DNA of 64,000 nucleotides from assembly GCF_006345805.1 (NCBI RefSeq), contig NC_043020.1, positions 15,252,001 to 15,316,000 on the forward strand. The letters run 5' to 3'. Below the pieces are notes generated by a model. It saw nothing but the letters and a program-made list of their open reading frames with translations, was not told where the DNA came from and did no database searches. The stretch is from Octopus sinensis (taxonomy: Eukaryota). Made by a program: the position numbers and the translations under genes. This document shows, one piece after another, positions 1-12,750 of the stretch. How positions within the stretch are numbered: the stretch's first letter is position 1; each line of letters begins with the position of its first letter.

Positions 1-137
1 AATAAATCCTTTCTGCCTTGTAGAAGCCATAAATCAGATAAACATCATGCCTGAAATGTTTAAGTAGTAGTTAAGTTTTATAATGTACTTGTACACTTTG
101 TACGGTACACCAACACCTTCACAGATATTCCAAAGTT

Positions 138-605
138 AGGGCGGTGAGCTGGCAGAAACGTTAGCATGCTGGGCGAAATTCTTTGCAGTATTGCGTCTGC
201 CACTACGTTCTGAGTTCAAATTTTGCCAAGGTCAACTTTGCCTTTCATCCTTTCAGGTTCGATTAAATAAGTACCAGTTACGCACTGGGGGTCGATGTAA
301 TCGACTTAATCCGTTTGTCTGTCCTTGTTTGTCCTCTCTGTGTTTAGCCCCTTGTGGGTAGTAAAGAAATAGAAGGTGGCGAGCTGGCAGAAACGTTAGT
401 ACGCTGGGCGAAATGCTTAGCAGTATTGCCTCTGCTGTTATGTTCCGAGTTCAAATTCTGCCGAGGTCGACTTTGCCTTTCATCCTTTCAGGGTCGATAA
501 ATTAAGTACCAGTTTCGCACTGGGGTCGATGTAATCAACTTAATCTGTTTGTCTGTCCTTGTTTGTCCCCTCTGTGTTTAGCCCCTTGTGGGCAGTAAAG
601 AAATA
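138..605 (+). mobile_element. Two tandem tRNA-derived SINEs with Meta-type domain
   Basis: ggcggtgagctggcagaaacgttagc...gcctttcatcctttcaggg tcgataaattaagtaccag; further copies at about 20333-20570 (-), 32350-32560, 32820-33028, 33655-33870, 35955-36570, 36845-36995 and 50665-50870 (-). Confidence 0.85.
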
Positions 606-609
606 GATA

Positions 610-1450
610 TTCCAAAGCCTCTTATAGAGTTTGCCAAAAGCTGTGTTTGCTCTTCCTCTTCATGTTTTTTTAATCTCTTTATCAAGCTTGTCATCATTTG
701 TCACTGTGGAGTGAAGATGAATGAAAACATTGACTGTCTTATTATTTTTACCTTCAAGGATACACTCTAGGCATAACCTTGATTACTACCAGAATGTGAC
801 TGCAACAGAAGCTCCGTCTTCTTTGTGCTTATGGGGGAAGCCAAAACATCTGACTGCTGAAATAAATATATTGACAGTCTGTTGAATATCTTCAAGGGAA
901 TTAGCAAACGGTGCACAGACATCATCATCATCATCATCATCATCATTTAGCGTCCGCTTTCCATGGTGGCATGGGTTGGACGGTGCATCTGGGGTCTGGG
1001 AAGCCAGAAGGCTGCACCAGGCCCAGTCTGATCTGGCAATGTTTCTACAGCTGGATGCCCTTCCTAACGCCAACCACTCTGAGAGTGTAGTGGGTGATTT
1101 TATGTGCCGCCGACAGGTGCCAGACGAGGCTGGCAAACGGCTATGCTCGGATGGTGTTTTTTATGTGCCACCGACACAGGTGCCAGACGAGGCTGGCAGA
1201 CGGCCACACTCGGATGGTGTTGTAAAAAATAAGTCTCTGGTAGTTTGAAAGGAAGACCTTATTTTTTCCTCTTTTTTTTCGTTTATTTCTTCTTTTTGCT
1301 TAATATGGTGCTGATTAAAGATACCACCAGAGGTGCAATTTTTCCACAGGGATCATCAACAAAGACATACTCTAGCATAACTGCAAAGAATAAAGCAAAT
1401 AATACTGGTGCCAACACACATTCTTGCTTTGTACTATTTGTCACTTAAAA
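610..1450 (-). mobile_element. Degenerate RTE LINE RT fragment, split by an insertion at 920-1225
   Basis: Minus strand encodes VTNSTKQECVLAPVLF and ANSLEDIQQTV...RANTAFGKLYKRLW. Confidence 0.65.
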
Positions 1451-2554
1451 AAAGGATGAATCATTTGAGATGTGTGTGTGTAAATATGTATGCATGCATA
1501 TGCCTGCATGTATATATATATGAATGTATGTATGTATTATGTATTTATATGTTAACATATATGTAAGTATATGTATGTATATATGTGTGTGTGTGTGTGT
1601 ATGCATGTGTATTTATATGTATGTAATGATGTGTGTATGTGTATATATACATATATCATCATCATCATCATCATCGTTTAACGCCCGCTTTCCATGCTAG
1701 CATGGGTTGGACGGTTTTGACTGAGGGTTGGCAAACCAGATGGCTGCACCAGGCTCCAATCTTGATTTGGCAGTATATCTACAGCTGGATGCCCTTCCTA
1801 ACGCCAACCACTCCGAGAGTGTAGTGGGTACTTTTTATGTGCCACCGGCACGGGGGCCAGTCAGGCGGTACAGGCAACGACCTCGCTCGAATCCTTTTAC
1901 ACATGCCACCAGCACAGGTGCCAGTAAGGCGACTTTGGTAATGATCATGCTCGAATGGTGCCCTTTTACGTGCCACTGGCACGGAAGCCAGTTGGCTGCT
2001 CTGGCAACGATCACACTCGGATGGTGCTCTTGGCATCCTACTATATATATATATATGTATGTATGTCTTTCTGCTTGTGTTTGTTCCCTACCACCACTCA
2101 CTGCATAGCCAGTGTTGGTGTGTTTACATCCCTGAAACTCAGCTGTTTGGCCAAAGAGACTAATAGAATAAATGCCATGCTTAAAAAAAAAATAAAAGTC
2201 CTGAGGTCAATCCATTCAACTAAAAATTCCTTAAAGTAGAGCCCCAGCATTGCTACAGTCTAATGACTGAAACAAGTAAAATATATATATATATAGTTCC
2301 AGCATGACCGCTGCTGTATAGCTGAAACAAATAAAAGAATAGAAGAGTATATATATTTGTATGTATGTATATGCCTATATATATATGTATAGCGATAATG
2401 ATGCAAATAAACAATAATCACACTTGGTCTTGATATGTAAAATGTTCATATATACATGTAAATATAGGTGGTGGGTGTTTTTTTTCAATGATATATATAG
2501 AGAAAAAAACCAAAAATGAAAATATTCACATGTACATTTATGTATCAACATATA

Positions 2555-2719
2555 GGCGCAGGAGTGGCTGTGTGGTAAGTAGCTTGTTTACCAACCACAT
2601 GGTTCCAGGTTCAGTCCCACTGCGTGGTACCTTGGGCAAGTGTCTTCTTTTATAGCCTTGGGCCGACCAAAGCCTTGTGAGTGGATTTGGTAGACGGAAG
2701 CTGAAAGAAGCCTGTTGTA

Positions 2720-2761
<42 letters not shown>

Positions 2762-2975
2762 TGTGTGTGTTTGTGTGTCTGTGTTTGTTCCCCTAGCATT
2801 ACTTGATAGCGGATGCTTGTGTGTTTATGTCCCCGTTACTTAGCGGTTCGGCAAAAGAGACCGATAGAATAAGTACTGGGCTTACAAAAGAATAAGTCCC
2901 GGGGTCGAGTTGCTTGATTAAAGGCGGTGCTCCAGCATGGCCGCAGTCAAATGACTGAAACAAATAAAAGAGTAT
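2555..2975 (+). mobile_element. tRNA-derived SINE (ggcgcaggagtggctgtgtgg family) with internal (TA)n(TG)n
   Basis: A/B-box head; further copies at about 4573-4990, 5897-6265, 26066-26470, 42568-42975, 49690-50175 (-), 52010-52467 (-), 58330-58520, 63005-63410 (-) and 63730-64000 (-). Confidence 0.85.
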
Positions 2976-3554
2976 ATATTTATATATTCGCAGAACGTAT
3001 TTACGTGGAGTGCAAAAGATACAGAAAATTAAGGAGAGGGGCATGTTGTTTCAGGTCTGACTGTTGTTTCTGGGGGCTGAGAAATACATAGCAGTAGTTA
3101 ATGTTGGTAGATAGTGTGTGCAAAATGTCAGATATGCAACCTGTAGTGGATGCATATAAACATTACCGTAAATCCAGAGTCCATCTTCAGGATGGAGAAA
3201 TTGGCATCCTCCTGTCAAGAGTTCCAGATGAACCTACTGTCTGGCAAGAAAGGCAGATAAGGGCAGCAACATCAAAATCCCTTGTTCAAAAGAAGTTTCA
3301 AGTAGCAAAGCTACGGATGGTGCCCCAACATGGTTGCAGCTCTTGAGCTGAGAATAGCAAAGGATAAAGAAAGGTTAAAGGACATATATGTATATATGTA
3401 TGTATTAGTTACAGGATTCAAAGGTCTGCTTTGGCCTGGTTTTTACAGCTGGGTGTCTTTCCTAACAACAAACACTTTACAGAGGGGACTGAGTGCTTTT
3501 TACATGGCACCAGTACCATCAGACTGGATGACATGATCATCTCATCAGGAACAT

Positions 3555-3638
3555 ATGTATGTATATATGTGTATGTATATATATGTGTGTGTATATATAT
3601 ATATATATATGTATGTATATATATATGTGTGTGTGTAT

Positions 3639-3683
<45 letters not shown>

Positions 3684-3960
3684 CATGTATATGTGTGTAT
3701 ATGTTGTATGTGTGTGTATGTATATATATATGTGTGTGTATGTATATATATATGTGTATGATGTATGTGTGTATATGATGTGTGTATATATATATATATG
3801 TATGTATATATGTGTATGTATATATATGTGGTGTGTGTGTGTATATGATGTATATGTGTCTATATGATGTGTGTGTGTGTATATGATGTATGTGTGTATA
3901 TAAGTGCATATGTGTGTATATATATGTGTATATGTGAGTATATGTATGTATATATATTTG

Positions 3961-4003
<43 letters not shown>

Positions 4004-4070
4004 TATATATATTTGTACATGTATATATATGTGTGTGTGTGTGTGTATATATATTATATATATATATGTG
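3555..4070. repeat. Compound (TA)n/(TG)n microsatellite
   Basis: Direct inspection; similar tracts at 11400-11570, 30385-30600, 37860-38060 and 44035-44340. Confidence 0.97.
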
Positions 4071-4744
4071 AGTGAAGAAGACAGTTTTGTAACTGTTGAA
4101 TGCAATCAACATTAATGAGCATGCACATGTAATGAAAAAAGCAGTGAGAAACACAAGGAGAGGATTAACCTCACAATAAATATTCCCAGCGTCTTATGAA
4201 TATCAGAAATTTACACAAACCAATATTGGTATTCTTTATGGTGTCTGGCCACTAATTCTTAATTCCCACTAAAATGTATTTTGCAAAATATGGACATCAA
4301 GAGAAAAATCTCACCCCTGGCGCTTACCTAAGTTCCTGAAGATTCTTCATCTAAATGCGTGTGCTCATTTGGATGTTGTTTGTATTGAATGCAGTTACTA
4401 AACTTTGTTTTCCTTCCATCAGCTTGATAAATGGTGAAATAAATTATATTGACCAAGAAACCCTGGGTAGTTGTATTTCACAAGGCTTCATGTGGTTTTC
4501 ATTATAATATCTTTACTCTCTTAACTGACTGAGTGCCACATTACTTGTTGAAAATCATACCTCGCTTATATATGGCGCAGGAGTGGCTGTGTGGTAAGTA
4601 GCTTGCTAACTAACCACATGGTTCCGGGTTCAGTCCCACTGCGTGGCATCTTGGGCAAGTGTCTTCTGCTATAGCCCCGGGCCGACCAATGCCTTGTGAG
4701 TGGATTTGGTAGATGGAAACTGAAAGAAGCCTGTCGTATATATG

Positions 4745-4779
<35 letters not shown>

Positions 4780-5256
4780 ATTTGTGTGTCTGTGTTTGTC
4801 CCCCTAGCATTGCTTGACAACTGATGCTGGTGTGTTTACGTCCCCGTCACTTAGCAGTTTGGCAAAAGAGACCGATAGAATAAGTACTGGGCTTACAAAG
4901 AATAAGTCCCGGGGTCGATTTGCTCGACTAAAGGCGGTGCTCCAGCATGGCTGCAGTCAAATGACTGAAACAAGTAAAAGAGTAAAGAGTAAAAGAGTAT
5001 ATAAATATATGTGAATGCATATCATCATCGTCTTCATCGTTTAACGTCCACTTTCTATTGCTAGCATGGGTTGGACGGTTTGACAGGGCTGGCAAGTCGG
5101 AAGACTACACCAGACTCCAATCTGATCTGGTAAAGTTTCTACAGCTGGATGCCCTTCCTAACACCAACCACTCTGAGAGTGTAGTGGGTACTTTTTACAT
5201 GCCACCAGCACAAGGGCTAGTCAGGTGGTGCTAACATCAACCACGCTTGAATGGTG

Positions 5257-5305
<49 letters not shown>

Positions 5306-5339
5306 CATGTATATATATACGTGTGTGATGTGTGTGTGT

Positions 5340-5880
5340 GTGAGTCCCAGTTGAGAAGGGTGTTAAGCAAGGAGATATCATCTCTCTAAAGCTCTTTACC
5401 ACATATTTAGAAATGGTCATCAAGGATATTGACAGGTGTCATGAACACCAATGGCAAGTAACTGACACACCTCTGATTTGCTGATGACATTGCACTCATT
5501 GTTGAAACCACAGAGCAGCTGCAGACCATGCCAACCAAGCTGGACACTCAGAACTTAGCAGTAGGTCTTAAAATGAACTGCATGGAAACAAAATATCTGC
5601 GTTTGCTAGGCATAACACAAGGCCAAATAGAGGTGGGAAGTAATGAAATCAAGGAGATTAAGGAGCACGTCTTCTTAGGGAACACAGAGAAAATGCACCG
5701 AGATATGAATGCTGAGATCTCAATGAGAATAAGGGCTGGATAGAGGGCACTTGATAAAAGGTGTTCAAAACAATACCAGACAATACAACATTTATCAGAC
5801 TCTTCAATAACACCATCCTACTATTCTCTTATATGCAAATGAGACCATGAGATACTATGAAGAGGACAGCACATCAATTG
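5340..5880 (+). mobile_element. RTE LINE RT fragment
   Basis: VKQGDIIS.KLFT, FADDIALI and EISMRIRAGW-like motifs. Confidence 0.75.
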
Positions 5881-7081
5881 GCTATGATGTAAATATAGGC
5901 GCAGGAGTGGCTGTGTGGTAAGTAGTTTGCTTACCAACCACATGGTTCCGGGTTCAATCCGACTGCGTGGCACCTTGGGCAAGTGTCTTCTACTATAGCC
6001 TCGGGCCGACCAAAGCCTTGTGAGTGAATTTGGTAGACGGAAACTGAAAGAAGCCCGTCGTATATATGTATATATATATATATATATGTGTGTGCGTGTG
6101 TGTCTGTGTTTGTCCCCCTAGCATTTCTTGACAACCGATGCTGGTGTGTTTATGCCTTCGTCACTTAGCGGTTCGGCAAAAGGTACTGATAGAATAAGGC
6201 TCAATTAAAGGTGGTGCTCCAGCATGGCTGCAGTCAAATGACTGAAACAAGTAAAAGAGTAAAGAGTATATATTTTTTCTTATACACTCACACATGCCCA
6301 CACAAAGAAAGCTAGCTTATCAGATCACCAGAATATGGTTACACAAACGATGCAGCTCTTATCTGCATTGAATCAATGTAGATAAAGAAAGCTGGCTTTC
6401 TTTATTTGCATTGATTTGTGAATATACAATTGTAAATATATTAGTGCAGACATGTAAACATAATTTATTATATGCTGCAATTATGGTTACATGGAGAAGG
6501 CTGTGAAGTGGCTGAAATGCTAAGGATAAGAAGTGGTTAAATAAATACATTTGTCTTTCATAATCTTAACTCTTCATGAAGTAATCTCATTGATCAGATC
6601 TTTCAGATTTAAGCTGCATGAAACTCTGCATTATAGATTACTTTATAGCATGATAGCCAGGTCCATTAGAGGAGCTTTCTGTGATAACCACACAATTCTA
6701 TGAATCCATATATTACACTACAAATTTATATGTATGTATGTGTATATATGTGTAGATACACACACACACACATTCATATATATATATTTGCCTATGCATA
6801 TATATATATATCCCATTCTGTATGTGTGTAAAAGATTATAATGGCTGTATTTTTCAACTGATCCTGCTGAAATTTTACACATAGATAAAAGGCATCACAG
6901 TGGGTGCATCATTTAAATTTCATAACATAATCGTTGGTTTCAAAGTGAGATTTACCCTTTTTTAATCAAAATCTTGATAAAATATCTGATTTCAATAGCG
7001 CTTATTGGCTATCATTCTGCAAATCATGTATGAACGGCCGCTATGTTCATACAATCAGCATCAGAGCATTAATTGCATTAA

Positions 7082-7300
7082 CCCTTTAGTATTTAAACTG
7101 GCCATATCCGGCCAAAATATTTAATCTGTTTTATGTTCAAACTGATCAGATCCAGGCCCTCACACCTACCCTACAATGTTATTCTGCATTAAGTAATTAC
7201 ACCATCAAGATCTTGAAGATATGAGATAATGCATGATTAATTCAAATCAATGGGAATCAATAAGCATTATGTTTGATAGAATAATCTGAACACTAAAGGG
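7082..7300. mobile_element. piggyBac-type MITE (CCCTTT TIR, TTAA TSD)
   Basis: ttaa|ccctttag...ctaaaggg|ttaa; same family at 14201-14420, 17520-17742, 38235-38464 and 58932-59151. Confidence 0.85.
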
Positions 7301-8494
7301 TTAAGCTTTCTAAGCAATTTCATGAAAGAACATATGTGATTGTGATAAAAATCGATATCATTCTAGAATGAACTGTACTTGAACACGTGCATCCAGACTT
7401 GTCATTCTCTATTTAATAAATAAGCTGACACAAAAGAGTAAGAAGACAAGGCAATTACTTTGAATAAATAAGAATGAAATAAAATATTAACTTTAAGGAA
7501 TAATTGGTACTAATTGGCGATCAATCAACTGTGTGAATATTTTCTCACAACAAACTTCAATTGACAGTAGAAAATGACAAATTGATTGGTTATCGAATGT
7601 GGAAATTTGGGGGACAAATATCTAAAACTTCAGCTATCAGTTTCTTATATAGAACAAAAAATGAGCGGTATTTTTTGACTTTTGCGTGACTCACTTGATC
7701 TGACATGGACATGCCAGTTGTTTGTTCTTTAATTCCATTTCATGAAGAAAGAGTATTAGTATTAACATTTCAAATTATGAGTTGTTTTTATTGGTAAGCA
7801 TAATGGAACACTAATTTGGCAAATTCTAATCATTTTTACGAATTTTACGGATCAAATTTATCGGTTATATTTTAAAATGCACTATTTGGTCAGTTCTGGT
7901 ACCTTTTTCATCCACAAGGTTTGCTACTTTATCAGTCAACATCGCATATTGCCAAACCCTATATCCCATTTGAAGTTGTCCAGTTACATGGACTTTAAAT
8001 TTATTTACAAAGAAGTTTCATTCTTCCAAGTTAATATAAGGTCATTTTAATGCTAACATCCTTTTTTTCCCCAAAGGAAGCCCGGTTTTGGCTGTCTTTC
8101 ATTTTCAGAGAAGTCTTAGAAACTATTTCGATTTGCACATTCTTTTTATTGAATTTCTTACTTAAGTGTGATATTTCTTAGAAATACCCTTTACCTTCTG
8201 CTACCTGTCAGTACACTGGTGTTTGCATTGATCGTTTATATTTTATCATAATTGCACTTTTACTCAATAGAATATCGATTTTCTTGAAATATATTCTGTC
8301 CACATGTGCTTATAGATGTGAATGCTCATTCACAGCTGTCTGCATCCACATGCCATTTGGTGCTTACAATACCATTGTAAATAATTCTGCACTTTAGTGT
8401 TGTGGGAATTTTTTGTGTTGAAATACCATATTTAGCAACAAGGTAAATTTGATTTTTTTTTCAAAGATTCATCCAATTACAGATTTTTGATAGG

Positions 8495-9245
8495 ATGCCT
8501 CAAAAAAGTAAGAGTTACATTATCAGAAAAACAAAAAAATGCTTCTGTTTTGCGTTCCTTGTGGGCCAGCAAAACAGAAGAACAATGCTTGCAATGCTAC
8601 TTTGACTTCAACCACCAGAACATCACAGACAGCTCAACAAGCAGAACTCTGGCGTGCTTGCAATGCTGCCTCTAATTTGATCGCCAGATCATCACAGACA
8701 TCTCAACAAGCAGAACTCTGGCGTGCTTGCAATGCTGCCTCTAATTTGATCGCCAGATCATCACAGACATCTCAACAAGCAGAACTCTGGCGTGCTTGCA
8801 ACGCTGCCTCTAATTTGATCGCCAGATCATCACAGACATCTCAACAAGCGAACTCTGGCGTGCTTGCAACGCTGCCTCTAATTTGATCGCCAGATCATCA
8901 CAGACATCTCAACAAGCAGAACTCTGGCGTGCTTGCAACGCTGCCTCTAATTTGATCACCAGATCATCACAGACATCTCAACAAGCAGAACTCTGGCGTG
9001 CTTGCAACGCTGCCTCTAATTTGATCACCAGATCATCACAGATACCTCAACTAGCAGAACTCTGGCGTGCTTGTAATGCTGCATCTAATTTGATCACCAG
9101 ATCATCACAGACAGCTCAACTAGCAGATCTTCAGCATGCTCCCAATGCTGCTTCAACTGTAGTCGTCAGAGCATCACAGACAGAAGCGGAGTTACACTAT
9201 TTTAGACTCCAGTCCTATCACGAACTTACATCATCCAACAGATGA
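8495..9245 (+). pseudogene. Frameshifted ORF of 23-aa STPR-like repeats (QTSQQAELWRACNAASNLIARSS)
   Basis: ATG at 8495 (MPQKSKSYIIRKTK...), about 8 tandem 69-bp units, 1-nt deletion near 8850 and frameshifts in the 5' part. Confidence 0.65.
8620..9185 (+). repeat. 69-bp tandem repeat array (about 8 units)
   Basis: Unit starts at 8647, 8716, 8785 and 8853 (one 68-bp unit), continuing to about 9180. Confidence 0.95.
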
Positions 9246-9574
9246 GGGAAGGGTTTGCTAGTATATATATATATATTCTTTAATTCTTTCACTAGTTTCA
9301 GCTCAACAGTTGCAGCCATACTGGGGCACTGTCTTATATGTATATAAGTATATATAGTTGATGATGTTTGTTGAGAATGTTTTCCTATCTGTGAATAGAA
9401 TTTTGAGGGTTTTGCCAAAGCAGAGTTTATAGAATTTCCCAATACCATTATAGGATTAGGCTTTAGCCATAATGGACCGTTTGATATCATAGTTAATGTT
9501 TTTTTACTTGAGTGAATGAATATGTTCTGCTAATATTAGAATAATTATAATATTAGAATAATACTCGTCTGAGC

Positions 9575-10330
9575 CTATGGTACAACTCCAGCAAAGTCAT
9601 TAATTGGTTCATTAAGCTTACTAGCAAAATTAATATATCATTTCATCCAGTTTGACATAGACAGTTATTATTCTTTGATTTCATCAATTCTATTGAATAA
9701 GGCCCTGATTTTTGCAACAAAATTTTTTAAAATCTCTGATGGAGTAGTGCATACACTTATGAGTTTCCAGGGTAAATTATGGTGCCGTCTCACCTGAAAC
9801 AATGAGCTTGACATTACAATGGCTCATCTGACTCTGTCCAAATTACAGACCTCATGGGGCTTTACCTTCAATATGAACTCCACAAATTCTTCCCAATTAT
9901 CCAGATGACACTCTGCTTACTACAGTCAATCATTTCTCCTTGCCCTTCAAAAAATTAAGGAAGAAGTTACACAAGTTCTTCCAAAATTTTAACCTAACAA
10001 TCTTCTTTGGAAAGGGAACCACTAAAGTCAGCTACCCAGACTTAACCCTAGATTTGAGTTCACAAGCATTTAGTCCCTATCATAAACTCAACAAAAACTT
10101 AAATTATGTCCATAGATCTTCTAACGATCCACTTTCAGTTAGGAACAGTATTGTTAAACCATATCCATTAGAATCTCTAATATTTCTGCTAACCAAAATA
10201 TGTTCCAAAATCATGCCAAATACTACAACCAGCTCTTAAAAGAAGTGATTATGACCAAATTATAATCATACTGCAATAATGCCAAACTTAAACAGGCCAC
10301 ATTTACCAATAGTTTGACTACTTGAATTAA
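9575..10330 (+). mobile_element. Penelope-like element RT remnant
   Basis: Across frames: LWYNSSKVINWF, FIQFDIDSYYS..LLNKALIFA, DITM.SSDSVQITDL.GLYL, RDD, PYHKLNKNLNYVHRSSNDP. Confidence 0.75.
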
Positions 10331-11536
10331 CAGTTCTTTGGATTCATCTTCTAAACCCCACAACTCTAGAAATAGTTTGGTCACCCATAAACATAACAAC
10401 CACCACTATAATGTTTGATTAAATAATAGGAAAGACAGATGAGGAGCTTGTGGTGAATCTCAGAATTTGGATCTTTCCACTGATACACCAAACCCTGGGA
10501 CCATCTGTACGATTACAAATCTGGCACCCTGTTGGTTACTGTGATGTTGATGTGCACTCCAGTTGATCCATTCACTGGAACAGCCTGCTCATGAAATTAC
10601 TGTGAACATGGCTGAGCACTCCAAAGATACATGTACCATTAATGTAGTTCTCAGAAAGACTGAGCATGAGATGGAATGTGACAAGGCTGGCATTTAGAAT
10701 TGCAGGTACAACTCATTTTTGCCAGATGAGTGAACTGGAGTAATGTGAAATAAAGTGTCTTGCTCAAGGGAAGAACACCCCCCTCCAGGAATTGAACTCA
10801 CAACCTTACAACCCTGAGTCAAATACCCCCTAATCACTGTCATGTGTCTTCACTGTACAATTACAAACAAACCAAGGAAATACCAAATATGTCGGTATAA
10901 CCCTCCCTATGCTAACATGAATGAAAATTTCTAACTCAAAGGCCTTTAATAGTATGAGATAAAAATGTGTATGTATGTGTGTGTGTGTGTGTATATATAT
11001 ACATGTATAATATCATCATCATCATTTAATATCCATTTTCCATGCTGGCTTGGGTTGGGTGGTTCAACAGAAGCTAGCAAGCCAGACAGAGAGCTGCACC
11101 AGGTACCAATTGTCTGTTTTGGTAAGGTTTCTATGGTTGGATGCTCTTCCTAACGCAACCACATTCACCATGCTGTACTTGTTGGATACACATACATTTC
11201 ATTTTGTCCAATTTTTCTTTTCTGTCTGTTCTTTCTGTGTTTGTCCTATCTGTCAGAATAAGAGTAAATGCTTGAAACATTAAAAACATTTCGCTCTCCT
11301 TTTCCCTTCTCCTGAACATCAAACCAATACCAGTTCTCTGTTTATTCTCACCTCCTCTCCATGTATTTTTTATCACCTTTGCCCCATGTATATATACAAC
11401 AGTACATACATACATACATACATACATACATACATACATACATACATACATGTGTGTGTGTCTGTAAATAGATAGCTACTTGTGTATACATGTGTATCTA
11501 GGTTTCTCTCTCTATATGTGTATGTGTGTATATATA

Positions 11537-11569
<33 letters not shown>

Positions 11570-12106
11570 GAGTATGGTAAGCAATCAACTCTGAAGATGA
11601 AGTATATTTACAAAAAAAAAACCATATTTATTCATCATAAATTTCCATTTAACAGAAATTGTATTTATTTGAATTCATCTGCAAAATGACATTTGTTTTT
11701 AAGCAGAAATCACTCCTTGATAACAACTGATTGGTTCCTTTCAGACAGAATAAACAGAATTGTATTGTTTGCTTGTTGTCTTATTGGCAATAGATATGCA
11801 TTTGTTTGTCTCTAAATACTTCTCCTTGGTTTATAGTTTGTATTAGAAAAATTTTGAAAAAAAGAAACACACACAAGAAAACACCCAATATTCTTTTATT
11901 TTAGATGGTCTTTTATGGCCAGTACTGATGCACTGTAATAGTACTATTTTAAATTTTGGGACTGTAAGAAGTGAAATGTTCATAAAATATAAATTCTAAA
12001 TTCTTTCACTAACAGCTGTCCTGGATAACAAATTAGATGGGTGGCGAAATTATCACCAAACTAATTGACACGGCTCAAGTTTAAATTCATTTTGTATCAT
12101 TTAGAC

Positions 12107-12374
12107 CAGTGGTCCTCAACTGGGGTCCATATGATCTTTGAGTGGGGTCCACATAAAATTTTGTTGTTAAAATTTATGTACAATAAATTGGATTATTATT
12201 CTACACAACACAAAATATTTTAACAATTTTTTTAGTACAATTTCTTGTAACATTTAATTATAAAAATGTAACAGGATTTTTTTTTTTTTTGAAACATTGA
12301 CCAGCTATGAGGGTCTAACTGATTAGAATAGGAATCAGAGGGGTCCATAAAAAAAAAATGCTTGAGAATCACTG
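12107..12374. mobile_element. hAT-type MITE with 8-bp TSD
   Basis: TIRs cagtggtcctcaac / cttgagaatcactg; TSD atttagac on both sides; relatives at about 21782-22100 and 23087-23322. Confidence 0.85.
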
Positions 12375-12699
12375 ATTTAGACACTTGTACATGTAGTGAT
12401 ATTTTTGCTTTTGAGAGATTGGAGTGGACTCAGTAGATGTTGAGAATGTGTAAAGTATTTAGTATAGTTGACTATTTTAGCAATATTGCTTATGGAGTAG
12501 GCATTCATGCTTATGAATCCCTTGAGCCCCTGTTGACACATTTGTAATACGGCATTGATTTACTTCCAGTCTATTTGAATGAAATTATTGGACGTTGAAC
12601 TCAAGAGGATATTGCAATGTTGGTCACTGCCTTATCATGTGTAACTCTGACTTTCCAATTCACTTGTCTTTTGATAATGTTAAAAATATTTGAAATATA

Positions 12700-12750
<51 letters not shown>

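Larger units (their letters stand above)
6800..9261 (+). mobile_element. Internally deleted Helitron carrying the 5' part of its ORF
   Basis: The 5' region (tttcaactgatcctgctgaaattttacacatag) resembles that of the Helitron at 27205; the 3' end is gggtttgCTAG|T at 9258-62. Confidence 0.55.

Noticed and set aside
3418-4154. Long YI/HT/CV-rich ORFs (also at 30348-30766, 37613-38059 and 43906-44427)
   Set aside because: Translations of (TA)n/(TG)n microsatellites, not genes.
5481-5510. CTGATGA...GAAAC
   Set aside because: Part of the RT-coding ADDIALIVET segment; no stems.
8620-9185. Regular repeats resembling a CRISPR array
   Set aside because: Contiguous 69-bp units with no unique spacers, in a eukaryotic context with no cas genes.
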